Shown one piece after another: positions 9,807 to 23,800 of a DNA stretch of 64,000 bases. The notes beneath the pieces are model-generated. The model was given only the letters and a program-made list of their open reading frames with translations. It had not been told where the DNA came from and did no database searches. The stretch's first letter is position 1; every line of letters starts with the position of its first letter. Source of the DNA: Lepidodermella squamata (lineage: Eukaryota; Animalia; Gastrotricha). The translations under genes were made by a program, and so were the position numbers. The stretch lies in assembly GCA_047495785.1 (NCBI GenBank), contig JBLDXI010000021.1, positions 2,480,001 through 2,544,000 on the forward strand, in the 5' to 3' direction.

Positions 9807-12787
9807 CTGGCAGTAGGTAAAAGCAACAAGTGGCAGGGCTTAAACAATACTTCTCGTGAATAGATGCGGAATTCCGTGTTCAAAAATCCCGGCGGGAGAT
9901 AAAGACACGATGTGCTTTTCAATAAGTCTTCAAATTAGTTTTTATTTAACAACATTTATCGGAATAAGATTGTTATACAAATACAGCCGGCTTTTTAATT
10001 GTCACATTTTCCATATTTTTATTTTTTAAAGGATCCTCCGTTTCTTGGTTGCTGTTTTTTTCTTGGCTTTCCTGGAAGGGCGAGATCGGGAGGGCTCTCT
10101 CTTGTGATGCCAAAAGGTCAAAGGTCGGGTGCTGGTGGCCTGAGACTTGCCTGAGCTATCGAATGACGTATGATCACTTAAAACCAGTAACCCTTAGAAT
10201 CTTTAGCTCAGATCTTGATATTTCAAGTCTTGATTAGGTATGTTAGTCGAGCATCAGGCGAGGGTCAGTGCTGCTGAGAATATTAAGGTCCTCTTTAAGG
10301 TAATTATCTTGCTTCACTTGAAATTAGTATGGTCACCCTACCCTTTGAAATGCAATCGCCCGGTATCTCTCCCGGCGTCATTAGCTTACGGTTTTTTGCT
10401 GATTTTATGTGGCTTTCTATTTTTCTATTGCGAGCTTCTGCACCCGCCGCCACCGCTCAAGGCTCAAGGGCGTAGACGTGGCGGCCTTACTCTAATACTA
10501 GGAATGTTCAGAGGAACCATCATCTAAATCATTATTGTCATTTTCGAGCGGAGCCAATTATGTACTTGGTACTTGGTTATGAGCGGTTTGAATGATAAGG
10601 GCTTTGAAGCCAGTGCGGAGTACAGTCTTCCAGGTTTCTAGGATCCTCTAGTTGAACTAGCTAGCCATTGCGCTGATCTTATGGTCACGTTTTTTAGCCA
10701 TTAGCGGAGCAGAGTTTTTCAGTACCCTACACCATGTAAATGACCCATTTGGCTTACATTTTCCATTCGTTATAAGGCCTTTCTCGTAATTCCTCATAAT
10801 TCACACTGATTGACCCGTTTATCGCCTAATATTCAGGCGACGGCATTTCATTGGCGTTTGCGTGGACAAGTAGCTCATTATCATTGGTCGGAAAACTACA
10901 TTCTCTGAGTTAACCTCGAGCCTCGAGCTGTTGTCCCATCAATAAGATATTGAATCTTTTGGTTCCCATGGCAACCTGCTATTTGGCTAGAAGCTAGAAC
11001 ATTTATCAAGGATTTTTCCAGAACGTCTATCGGTGTCTTAAAGAGGATTGTCTGTGATCATCTCAATTTCCGCTAATTTCGAATTATTTCATGATTCTAG
11101 ATGATTCTAAACCACGAGTCACGAGTCCGGGAAAATTGTAGAATCTTCACTTCCGGATCTTCACTTTACTTTCTTCCGTTCATGGGCGTCTGACTGACAT
11201 CGGTGTTTAACGGTGGGTACAGATCGTTCTCAGCATCGAGACCAGCTCTCTATGGTTTATGGCTGACAGTTGTGGAAATAGGCAGATTATTTTAGCTTTC
11301 TAATTCAGGATTAAATGAAGTGCTCGAATTCTCACTTTTTCAAGTATGTCTCAAATTTCAAAACATTTCCCTCGCAATAATAAATTGAGCTAACCTGCTT
11401 AATTTTCGGCATAGTAATATTTCGAAAAATATTGTCATCATTTACGTCTCGTGAGACATAGGGTTGTTGTTTTTTTTTCGATTTGTTATTACTGGGCATG
11501 ATATCGTTAACGCCGCGCCAATACAACCACTTGAGCTCAGCTTTTTTAATGGTAGCATTTAGCAAAAGCTACCAAACGGTTGTTTGGCACGACGCTAACG
11601 ATATCCCGGACGGAAGCTCATACAAGAAAAGAGTGCAGCCGTTGTAAGGTTGCGAGAGTGTCGTGAAAGTTTCAGGTCCTTTCATGTTTCAGTGAAGTTA
11701 TTTTATCACTTTTGATGATTTGAGAAAAAAAAAGGTTTGTTCAAGAGTTCTAAATAAATACGTTAGGCGGCAGCTCTTTGCACCGCTTTTAGATTCCATT
11801 AAGAGGTTGTTGAAAAGATGGGCGAGTATTTTAGACTCTTGTTGAAGTGTAGCTTGGGGCGACATGTGTTTGTGTGAACTGGCTACGCATCATTGATTGA
11901 TAACGATCAAAGGCCTTGCGGCCGAAGACCTGGGAGGCTTTCTGGTGCTTTATCGTCGAAGCATCTCCATACCAGCATCTCCATCCAGGCGAACATCGCG
12001 TTACATTCGTTGGTGCTTTCAGCTCGGGGGTTATGTCTTGAATGTGTTGAATCGGTTCAGATTTGAGTCGGCGCAAAGTTTTATAGCACTGCCTGCTTTA
12101 ATTATTTAATCCGCAACTGGGATAATTAGTAAAAAACTAGGTTCTCATTATATCTAAATGGCAGTGGCAATATTCTAATTTCGCTTTGGTGAAGCCCTAA
12201 CTTGAAGCGACTTGTTAAATTTTTGATAATGATAGAATATTTAGCTTGATTAGTTTACGTGTGCTGCTTTTACCGCCAGCCCTATGATTTTTTGGTGTTG
12301 ATGCGCTAGTTAAATGTGCTAATGTGTTGGATTGCCTTGGCTTATGTATCTTTATGATAACGCTCAGAGACACTATTTCAGTAATGGCGCTTCTTCCGCG
12401 TCGCATGCGGCGCTTTTAAGCGCGCGTAAGAGGAGTGCTTTCCCGTTCGCCATTATAGTGCGGCCATCAGCGGTCAAGCGCTCAGAGGCTTGCATTATTT
12501 GTGTGCGTCGACAGTTTTATTATTAGCCGAAACCGTATTCCGTGCGGTGGTGTCGCACTAATTATCAATGAAATACTATAGTATGGAACGGCGGCTTCGT
12601 CATAAATTCGAGTACGATCCCGCGTTACAACAATGGTTGTAACCCGGTCAGTATCATGAAAGTTCAAGAATGCAACAAGAGGTTGTCCGAAAGGTTTAAT
12701 TGTTTTCTCTCTTCATGCGTGTCGTTGCCCTGCACTATCCGCAGTTACTGGCTTTATTAGTATCGCCTGTGCGAGTTGTGTTTTCAA

Positions 12788-15141
12788 ATGAAATTTAGTG
12801 CGATCCCGCCCGTTCAAATATGGGCTGTTTTCGTTTCGCTAGTTGTAATTTCATCATATTATCATCTACCGTCAAACGCCGAAGTCAAAGTTGCGGAGCG
12901 TGATGTCCCCCCTGCCGAGGCTACATTTACAATCCTCGACGAGGACCAGGTTGGTCTGCTCGACGCTCTACCGAAGCAGCAAAACTCGTCGAAGAAGGTC
13001 ACCAGATCGTTATCACCTCATCAAAGGGCGCAACGGTCGTCTTCATTCCGACTCGAAGATAACGGCTCAAAGCTGCATTATTTAAGAACACCCCATAATG
13101 ATTTGTCGCCCGGCTCTCAAGGTAATTTAGCCGTTAATCACGTTATCACATGATTTGAAGATTACTTTCAGGTGAATTGGAGCGTTTAATGAGTGCACCT
13201 TCTGACAACGAAGGGTTGATAACTGATTCGCTGTTTTGCTACTATCAGTCAGTGCAAATCGGCTACGATCTTGGGCCTTCTGTTACAAAATGCACGATGC
13301 CTAATCACGATTCTTGCATGGTTTGCTAGTTAAAGTTCACTAATCATTTTCATCTATAGTTTTTTTTGCCGTTTATCAGCTGCTAGAAAATACTCGCACT
13401 GGTGTCCGTGAAATGAGCTGCATCTCTTCGAACGATTGCGAACTTACTCGAGCCGAATTATTGAGAAGCAAAGCGGACGGTTCAGTTAAATTGACGTGCT
13501 GCCGCAGCAATTTGTGCAATGGCCCACTAAATAATCGACCGCGAAGTAATGCTAACAACAACAACAACGCGCCTGACAATAGCCGCCGAGTCCAACCGGC
13601 ACGACAACGGTCGACCGCTGGTCTCAGAGATCGTCATCCTGTTCAGCAACAGCAATCACCCCTCGATGAATTGCAAGGAGTTCTGCCTGACTCGAATCAG
13701 TATTACCAACAACCTGCCCGACAGGCTCGAACTCACTCGAGGCAGTTAGCGCCGCCTAGCCAGCCGGCAAACATTCGTCAGCCAATGATGGAAAGAGCGA
13801 GAAGTGCCGCGAGGCCAAGACCCAGTCTCCCTAGCATTCCTGGAGTCGTTCCGCAGAGCGATGGCGGCGATTCCGCTCCGCCTTCAGATGCGAATATTTC
13901 ATCCATGATCAATCGCGTTTTGACAGGCATGCCTAATCGAGGTCAATCACAGCAGCAGCAACAACAACAACAACAGCAACAGCAGCAGCCGCCCAAAGCG
14001 CCAGCGCCTCGTCCCAATCGACCGAGCCTTCCGTTTGCGCCTGGGCTGACCGAAATGCAGCAGCAACAAAAGCAGCAGCAGTTATCGCCAGAGCAAGATA
14101 TCTACCAGCAGATGATGCAGCTTTTGAGTGAGCGATCGAAGCAGCAGCAACAGCAAAGACAAAGGACGGAAAGTTCTGCTGAAACCAGGTCAAATCCCGC
14201 CGCATCGATGATGGCGCCAAACGTTTGTGATTTCCCGCCATTGATGCCAAACGCTTGGGTATCGGTTGCCTCCCTCGAGGTCGGATCTGAGGTCTATTAT
14301 CAATGCAGCGCCGGCTACCAGTTGGAAGGGCCTCGCGTAGTCACGTGCACCGACCAGCCATCCGGCACAACTTTATCACCCATGGCAAGCTCGTCGTTAA
14401 ACTCGCATCCGCGGTGGACACAAGTACCCAACTGCGCTCGAATGGCTGAGGGTAACAATCAATTGGGCGATAAAATCGTGGCGTTGCCAGAAAATGATAT
14501 AGTCAGTCAGATTGTTGCTCGAAACAGCAACAACAATAATAACAATCAGATCGCGAGTAACGGGATCAGTGATAATTTCAAAGGCCAGTTGCCAGACAGT
14601 GGAACCTTGGCCCCACCTGTCGATGTAATGGCCGGCGTAGAGGAGTCGGATGTTCCGCTGACGAGCAACCTTGTCGAATCAGCTGGTTCGCGCAATGGAG
14701 CCGCCGCTGGATCGAACGACCGCGTGACCCAGTGTTATGACAATCGCGCCGGCTCAGTTTTCGTCGCTTCCTGTCGAGGGGATTCAGTCATATGCACGGT
14801 AAGACTTTTTTCGAAAATTCATTCTGTTTATTGTGCGAACTCAATTATAGCGCATTGTAACGAGTGGGACGTCTGCATCCTCGCTGTTGACTTCTGAGCC
14901 GGGCGCGGCGTTGTCGCCATACGGCGCCGATTCGGCGTCTCAAGCGCTATCGGACCCATTGTCGCCGAATTCTCGGTCAAACTCGGCTGGCTCTTTGTCA
15001 TCGGGAGGCAATCAGCAACAACAGGTTTCCCAATACTGCGCTCTCCTCGATGATTGCTTGCGCTTTGAGCGCTGGGTCCGACTGGCCAACCGCGATGACA
15101 TCGACGTGCTGTGCTGTTCAACAGACCTTTGTAATGCCTGA
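12788..15141 (+). CDS. Secreted protein: signal peptide, Ly6/three-finger-like domain, Q/P-rich linker, sushi (CCP) domain, second Ly6-like domain
   Basis: Exons ~12788-13121, 13172-13320, 13380-14798, 14851-15141. Hydrophobic N-terminus; two CCxxxxCN motifs (CCRSNLCN, CCSTDLCN); CCP motif C..PP..PNA..GSEVYYQCSAGYQLEG..TC..W...PNC. Confidence 0.8.
13947..13988 (+). repeat. CAG/CAA poly-Gln tract (coding)
   Basis: (CAG/CAA)n run encoding ~13 Gln. Confidence 0.85.
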
Positions 15142-15520
15142 ACTTTTCTAGAGCCCATCAACCCAACGACATGAAGCGTGTGCACAATCAATAAAACCCG
15201 TTTTCATTTTTTGTTGTGTTTTTTTCCTTGTGGTTGGTGATAGAAAAGCTGAAAGCTGTAAAATGCTTGTCATGTTTCATTTCTAGATGTTTAATCATAG
15301 CTTAATAATATGGACGAGTCACTGCGTGCGAAGAAATGCAGTAACGGCATGTCTCTCCTCGGAAAATTTCGTACGTTTCTCATCAGAAAATGCGGTGAGA
15401 ATATCAATAGCGTGGATATCTTTTTCTACAGCATTATCTCGACATTAGTTACAGTTTTTCATGTTTTTTTTTATTATAATGTAGGGAGTCTTGATACTTA
15501 GAGGTAGCTGGCAGGGCTGA

Positions 15521-16887
15521 ATGGAAATGCCCAACAAAACGGGTTCTAGTTCGGCAGAAATCGTTAGCAAGTATGGCTGGCACTACTCGGTCGATGCTAA
15601 GTACGCTGAACAATACCGCGAATTTGAAACGCGGCGGTACAATAATGTGGTGCTATACTTTGGTGCATTCGTCATTGCCGCGGTTGGCTTTCGGTTGCTC
15701 AACAAACTGCTTGCCAGTATTTACAGCAAAAGCAACAGAACAGCGAAGGAACACCGGGCGCTTGTCAACAATTCAGTTTCCCTTGTACACGCTACCGTTG
15801 CCGCAATATTGATTCACTACGAGTAAGCCAATTGAGTCTCGCTCACTTTAATTCATTGATAATTTCTTGGCAGTTTTAAAATCCTGACTCCTCTACTCTT
15901 GGAAGATTTGCGTCATATGCATTCTGACGTTACGCTCCTCACTCTTGCCTTCTGCGGTGGGTATTTCTTTTACGATACTTTCGATTTGCTGTCCTCCTCA
16001 TCGGGTCGTGCGTTGGTTGAGCTGCTTTGCCATCACATCATTGTAAATTTAAATATTTTTGGCAACTTATGACCAACTGATTTGTGCTTTTCCGTTCCAG
16101 ATTGTTGCTAACTATACCTACGTTTTGTATCGACGAGAATACACTTCATTCTGTGCAGCTTTTTTGTTTTGCGAAACAAATAGCATCTTCCTGCACATCC
16201 GCCAGCTGCTACTTCATAACAATGTTCCGAAAACCAGTATTATCTTCCGGATCAACGCACTCTTGAATTATGGTAAGTAAAACAAGTCTTGAGAGCTTCG
16301 TAAGGATAGGTATTATTCATGTCCCATACTCACAAATACATACCTAATTCGTATAGTGCGAGATCTAAGTTTACAGCACATTTATTTGAAATTTTCGGTT
16401 GGAACCGATTTGTTTGATTCCCAAACGCATATCAGGTTGTTTAACGGGAACATTTATTCAGTGTTTCTTTTAAGCAGTTTAACAGTTTAAATTTTAAACA
16501 CCAAAAGGGCAAAATTTGGCCGAAATATCAAGAAAAACCGTCTTCACCCCCAAAATGACACTAGCACCGCAATTTTAAACACCAAATTGATCCTTAAAAA
16601 CACGTTGATTTAATAGAGCGTCAAAGCATCAAAATATTTTGACCGTTTTGTTGATTTTGCGCTATTTTTCACAATCAGCGACCTTCTCGGTTTACCGGAT
16701 AATGAATTGCTGGTGGCTGCTCATGTACATGTTCAATAACTGGAGTGAATTCGATGTTATCGTTAAATTCCTAATGGCCGCGTCGGTGCCGCTGATCTCA
16801 ATCGTCCAGTTGCCTCTTCTCTACAGAATGGTTCATTCGGATTGGTTCAGACTGAACGCTCATCACTCGAAAATGAATTTTGACTGA
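15521..16887 (+). CDS. TLC (TRAM/LAG1/CLN8) domain membrane protein, TLCD1/2-like
   Basis: Exons give NNSVSLVHA, GYFFYDTFDLL, ELLCHHII, ETNSIFLHIRQLL, FSVYRI. Introns 15823..15873, ~16043..16100, ~16273..16678. Confidence 0.85.
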
Positions 16888-18174
16888 AACCTTCATGTTG
16901 ATGTTCTCCGTTGTTTGGGGCGATATCTTTTTATGTCTACACCTATTTGCGCTCTTATTCAGGCATTGGTATCCCGCTTTCCGCTCTATAACTTCATTTC
17001 TCCTGCTAGTGAGATTTCTGCGCTTGTATTTTGTTGACTTCTTCGGGTGAAAAACTTCGAATACTGCGCTGCTGTGAACGCTTGGATGCCTCACATATTA
17101 TGAGTATTCTCCGCCGTTACATCGTCTAGTGCTAATGATCCGAAAAATGTGCGTGTCCTGCTGTGCTAGTCCTTCGACTACTTATTATTCTTTCTAGCGA
17201 TTATTATTTCTATTTCTAACTTTTCACATCGACCTTATCGCCACGCCATTATATCGCTTCAGTCAATCGCCTCTAGCCAAGCTCGTTGGGCTAAGTTTGT
17301 GCCAATGAATTCAAGCCTGACCAAAGTATTAGTGAGCCATTGGAAAATTCTAGATTTCTAAATTGGAGCGTTAGCTCATTTTAAATTTTTTTGCTTTTTA
17401 TTCGGCAATTTCGTTCGAGTTAGAATGGTCTGCTTTCAAAACGATACCTCTTTTGTCGATTTACGCTATGAAGAGACGCTCTGAGTCTGAACTATTTTTT
17501 AACGACGCTTGTTGTATCCGCGAGATAACCGGTTACTTATGAGCTAGTCGCGGGCTGTTGACTTCGCTTCATTTTCTGGGATAATATCTTTGAATTTGAT
17601 GAATTATTCAGCCATCAATAATTTTTAATTTAGATGCGGACTTTGCTGTTGAATTTTTGTTTCATTTTTCATTCGGCCGTTATGGACTAGTGCTGATTTC
17701 TCAAATTTTCTGATGTGAAGATTATAAAATACATATTATTACAGCTTATGGTGGTAATTTTTGTCCGGAGCAGGTTAATTGTCAGACGTTGTATGACTTA
17801 TGCACTGAATAGACTTCACGCTGATGCTGTGAGTGAAGTAAAAGCTTGGCATAATAAAACTAGAAAGAACAAGCTAAGAAGTGTTTTCCCATGTACGAAG
17901 ATTCACGAAGGGTATTTACAAAATGGTCGTGTTCGACGATCGATTGACCACCAAGAATCAAGATGATCGTTTTCCAAGTGATGGAAGCTTCTGCAATCCT
18001 AATTTACAAACCATAGTACCCACATTGTGCGACTTTACCCTATGGTAATTTCTGAAGCACTGAAGACTTGGAGCAAGAATTCTAGATTGATTGATTGATT
18101 TAGGGTAAGGTTACTTAATATGCCTTAAAATGTGAGAAATTAGTTGGACCCGGCCAGGGTTGAGGAGTTACCTA

Positions 18175-18799
18175 CCGTAATTTGGGGTGGCTTTGCCCAG
18201 TGGGGTGACTTTGACATGTCAAAAAGGGGTGACTTTGGCCACTCAAATGTCGAAGCCGGCAAGGTAAAGACCCCATGAGTGGGATACCGCTAGATAGCCC
18301 AATGAAAGCCAGACCTAGCTGTGTACAATGTACATGTACGACTTATTACCGAATATAAAATGACAGGTCAAGTTGGGTTTTTTTTTTAAGTTCGATTTCC
18401 GGTAGAATTTTGGTGACTAACCAAAGGAATAGATGCGATCAAAATCAAAATCGAATGGCATTTTCGAACCACTCTGCTTACAGGCTATCCAACGGTAGCC
18501 CACTCATGGGGGTCTTTACGTTGTCGGCTTCGATATTTGAGTGGTACAAAGTCACCCCATCAGCATCTAACATGTGTTTCGGGTGACTTTGACCACCGTT
18601 ACCTGTCCACTAAAATTCATGCTCGTATCTGATAGTTACTTTGACTGCACTGTCTGTTTCTACTCGTTACTGGCTTTCCGGCAACATCCATATTGAGGGG
18701 GTTTGCATATCGATTTGCCAAGATTTTAGTGAATGAAAGTCGATCGCAACAACCATGCCAATATGTCACCCCACTAACCAAAGTCACCCCAAATTACGG
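18175..18799. mobile_element. Tc1/mariner-pogo-type MITE (TA TSD)
   Basis: 21-bp TIRs CCGTAATTTGGGGTG(G/A)CTTTG with 1 mismatch; TA on both sides. Internal GGGGTGACTTTG repeats and an inner inverted repeat (~18240-18289/18493-18544). Confidence 0.9.
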
Positions 18800-20858
18800 T
18801 AAATGCCAGCAAATAACCAGAAAAAACCTCTTCAAAAAAACCCATGTGATTAGCATGCACCAATATAGAGATAATGCTACTGCAATCAAACCAAATGTTG
18901 TTGTGCTGATTTAAGACAGGTTTCTTAAAGTTGCATAACTTGAGACTTTAGGCAATTCGAACCTAAACTGCAAACTCCCTCAATTCGTTTACGATTATGT
19001 TGAAACCTGGCAAGTATGGTTATTCAGTCCCGCTGGATACGCTGGAGCGTTTAATTTTTGCATAGCACACTTCCTCATCTCAGTTTCAGTCATCCGAAAC
19101 ATTCTGCCAATTCTGCCAGAAAATTAGTAGAAAAGATCGAAGTCCCGAAGTGTCAAAGGTCTGACAGGCCGTGCGTTGTCAGGATACGATATTTGGTTGT
19201 ATCGAGCCTTTCGAAGTCTAAAAATGCTGCTTTATAATCTCTATAAATGGGTGCTAATTCCCGACTAGCTTATATTTCGTGATGTTATGCATGCTGTACC
19301 GACTTAGTTATCCTCAGAGACACAAATCTCCGGCTGCAGCCTGTCAGCCCTGACTTTTACTACAGATAGTGCGAGACAATGAACGTCATGGACAGCACAC
19401 AGCGGAAAGATGAAGAGGAATATTTCGATTTCCACCGGCGACAATTTAGCTGAGATCAAATCAGCCTTTATTTACAGGTTACATCAAGCTTCTTCAAACT
19501 CTACGTCTCCCGTCGAGAAGTTTTCGCGTTGGCCCGCCAGGGAAAATGACTTCCACTACGTCAGCTTTATGAACTACTCGCTAAATTATCCAGATAATAA
19601 GACAAGAAGTCCCAGAGCTTCTCTTTAGCATCGTCGCTGATATTATATTGCGATCTATACACAAATGTAACACTCAGCCAGGTATTATCCAGAAAACATT
19701 TCCGTTTCAATTCATGCATTGGATTGGCAGAATATCCAGTGAATCCATGTATACAGTATCCACAGACGATTTCTAGCTCGGGAGCCAATACAACATCTCC
19801 ATTTGAAACAGCTAACAAAGCCCGTTTTATAAAAACATTTTATTTTTCATCTGTAAACCATAAAAATAATGAACATTGCACAATTAACATGATGAGACTA
19901 GAGAAGATGAGACGAGAAGTTGTGTGAAACGAAGAACGAAAGAGAATCGTTGTGACAGATCTAATCGAACCCTGCGAGAAGGTATTCGTCGAATAGAGGC
20001 GCGCCTGTAAACGCCGTCGAAAATGTTATCACATCATGGCAGTACAGAACAACACGAGAAGACGAAAGATAAACGGCCTTCGACTAGACTTCCGAGTAAC
20101 ACTGGAAGAACTCAAAGTGCAAATATTATCAAAATGGCGATGTGAAATTGTGTATAAATAAATTAACGCTGAGATCAAGAGAAGAGAACAGCTGAGAATC
20201 AGCCGCAAAAGCTTGGTCCTAGCGAGAACAACTTCGCTTGATAGGCACAACAAATTGACGACACAACGATAGGACAGGCGGCAGGCAAGGCGAAGCGTGA
20301 AGAGCGGATGCCCGGCTCGGCCCTGCGCATGAAGTGCTGCCCTATTAATAAAATTGCGACCCCCGCGGCCACGCTGAGATCATAGCTGGCTAGTGAACGA
20401 GCGAAATTACGGCGAATAATAGCGTTCATGTCAAATAAGCATGCACGCTATGAGGCTGATCGCGCGAGTAGTGGCAAAAATGCGCATTGATTTTTGCCTC
20501 GCTGCGAAATAACACAACGGCCTCGAACGCAATATTCAACAATTTAGTATAAAAATTTACGCCAGTCACTTCAATCGAAAATAAAATACCCATGCATGCT
20601 TAGATGCTTTCACTGAGCGTATATAGGTCTATATATTTAACTCGGGGAAGGTGTGCAAAAAAATGGACTCACTTCGAACAAAAATAAGCGATCGGCAAGA
20701 ATATTTTTCACGTAGCACAGACATGAAAAACGCGAAAATCGATAAAAATAACATGATTCTTTCTGACAATTAAATTTATGGAGATTTGAGATACGCATAT
20801 AAATGAGGAGAGCGACGAAAGCAAATGAGGAAGACACAGGTTTACAACGCCGAGACTA

Positions 20859-23800
20859 TTATTGTCGAGTCGCGAATGGAACGGCCGGGCTGAGGGGCGC
20901 ACTCGAAAGGGATGTTTCTTGAACTCGCTTAACCAGTTGTCTCGCCAAATCAAGCACGCGCTCAATGTTGTGCCTCTCGGCCATGTCTAAAACAATTGAA
21001 AGCGAACAAAATAAAAGGGAAAGCAGGGTGAAACAAGACGAACCGTTGAAAAACTTGATTATATCAGTGAAATCCATATTTTCAGCCACAATCACATCTC
21101 GATAAGTTTCGATCAGGGCGAAAGCGACAAAAAGGCTGAATGAACGAGATGCCACGTCGTCGGCCGCCCAAATCGTCTCCCATATGCGGAAAACGTCGGC
21201 ATATACGAATTCGCGCTTGAAATCGAGCAGCAACCAACGGTAAGCAAAGTACAAATGGGTGGCGTCCATTTCAGTCGGCGATTCGGCCAAGTGTTCGTAC
21301 AACTCAGGGTCTAAAATTTGGATTAGTGAGCGGAGTCGCGACAATGAAATGTCAATAGCGGCCGGGCCGGCTTGGCTAGACACGGCGCCGGTTGGAAAAT
21401 TAACATGCAGGCGGTCCATGAGCTTCGAAAACAGTATGAATGCCATTGCCTCGTACTCGTTCTCATTTGATTCCTTGCAAACGACAAGGAACGGAGCAGC
21501 CAGGTCGCACATACCTGTAAAAAAATATGTAGTCATAAAACCGTAGCCAAATAGACATGATCAATTGGCTAACCTTGAATGTAACCAACGTCGATGTGCT
21601 GCCACACATACGAGCAGACGATGCGGCGGAGAGCAGCTAAATTTTCAGGATAATTCGGACGGAAGAACTCGAGAGAACGATCGCATCGCGCCACGTCTTT
21701 GTCGATGCGATGCAGATTGATGAGCCAATGCGCGAGCATCGTCATTTGTGGGTCATTCGGCCCAGGTGTATCTGCTGATCCAGAGGCGGGCGATGGTCGA
21801 CGAGTCGGCGGACTGCTCTTGCCGGTGGGAATTATACCATTGGCAACGGCTGCCATGACGCTGTCGTACGACGCCATCAGGCTTGATTCGCTCAAGCGAC
21901 GCTTTGTTTCATTTTGAGCGTCCAATTTCGCAAGATCAAATGTGGCTGAGAAAGAGCGGCGCATTCCAACTGCCAACTTGTTGCCACTCGACTCTTCGGC
22001 AGTCACTGGCAGTGGGATGTTGGAGAACGTGAAAACTACTTTCGATCGACGCTTCGTCTCTTCGGAAAACACGCTCTCTTTGTCTTCAGTCGGGGGAGGG
22101 ACAGCCGAGGCCACAGCCGACGGGAGACCAGTTGTATTGCTACTACTCCGTGCCGGTGTGAATGACTCGGACGCAATGAGCTTTCGTTGAGCCGCCAAAG
22201 TTTCAGCCTGTTGCTCAGCAGCCTGCCACTCGAGGCATATTGCGGTATAATTTTTCGTATTCTTCTCCCAAATTGCTGTGATATCAGCGTCACTACTGCC
22301 CAACTCAGTCACGCCGAGTAAAACAGCCCAAATGCGAGGCCGAAGTTGCAAATCCGCAAGACCACCCGAGTAGATCAATCGGTGGAAAAATGCAACAGCC
22401 ATTTCGGGCTTAGAAGCGTGCAGTTCTTGTAGCAATTTGAAGGTCTTTTCGTCAATACTCGACGCGCAAGTCAACGCTGCTAGATTTTCGTCAGGTTCAA
22501 ACGTTTTTGTCACGTGACTTGATTCAGCTTCGCGGCTCAGAACCAGCGCCGCTAGCTGTGTTCGGACGGTCTTGACATGGCGAACGTAAGCAAGCCAGCC
22601 GTAGAAGGCACGGGCAAGCAGTTGCCGTTGTACAGACCGGCATACAAACGATAGCTTGCCGACTCCGCGGGGGTGACTCGGCGGTACGCTGCCTTGCTGT
22701 TCATCCAAGTGCTCAATATCGTTGAAATACTGCGCACCGGCCATGGTGACAGCTGACAGAGCGGCTTCGAGCGACATGCTCATTCCGGACATGGATTTCG
22801 ATGACGGAAGCGTGGCGCCGGTCGCTGCCTCGTGCAAATTGTAGTCGGTTCTGGATTCTCGCAGCCCGCGGTGGAAATGCTCGCCGAAGGCTTCCATCGG
22901 TGGAACTTTATTTTCGGCTTCCTCAGCCTCGCCAGCAGCACTAAGCGAATTCTTTTTAACTCGCTCTTCAGTTGACGGCGTTGGTGATGAGGAAGATTCG
23001 GTGAAAGGCAGTCTCGGGCTCGTTGGCACGATTTGGAACACCAAATCCCGCGATTCATTCTCTGCGTCAAAAGCGGCTACGGCAAGCGGAGGTTCAATCC
23101 TGCTACCCTTTGGAACGGCGGAGCTTAAAGCTTGCAACAACGATAAAGCTGATGCAGCCTGCTTAAACATCATAGCCGGGAACTGCACGCCATCCTTTCC
23201 TATGAAAACTATCGTAGCATGGCTGTCAGAATGCGGTCGAGTGTGACAGTGAATATGAGAGACCTCGCCCAGCTTGACAGTAATAACTCTAGGGGTCTTT
23301 TTATGTAGCTGCGGTGACGTTTCGAACGAAGAAGACGAATGGAAAATATTGTTAGGAGTCCATCGGATGACAGCTCCGCCACCATCGTCACTTGCCGGTG
23401 AATTATTAGAAGGAACACAAACAGCTAGGTAGCCCAAAATTGAAGCAGACCCGGCAAACTAATGAACATAATATAGAAAGTATCAGAATGACGCTGGGTG
23501 ATGAATAGCAGCAATTTTACCGGTTCCATTGCTACGTTATTCTTGGCAAATATCAACTCTGGGGCTCGATTGCCTGGCCAACTCATGCCGACTGCAGTAT
23601 ATAAGAAATCTAATTCAACCCCAGCTGATGTGGATGATGACTTTTCTGCCACTAGCGGTGCATGCAACAAATCACCCGCAGCAATCGAAAAATGGCGTGC
23701 TCGAGTCTAGAAAAAACGAATTCAATAATACGATTCGCGAAGTCTTGCATAACTTTACCAATAAGTTTTGACGAGATCCAGCTTTTGGAACTTGATTCGA

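Noticed and set aside
9970-10530. Exon-like minus-strand segments with splice signals and a downstream AATAAA
   Set aside because: In-frame stops and no recognisable homology; cannot support a gene or pseudogene call.
11332-12109. Short ORFs of 70-81 aa
   Set aside because: No motifs and no consistent exon chain.
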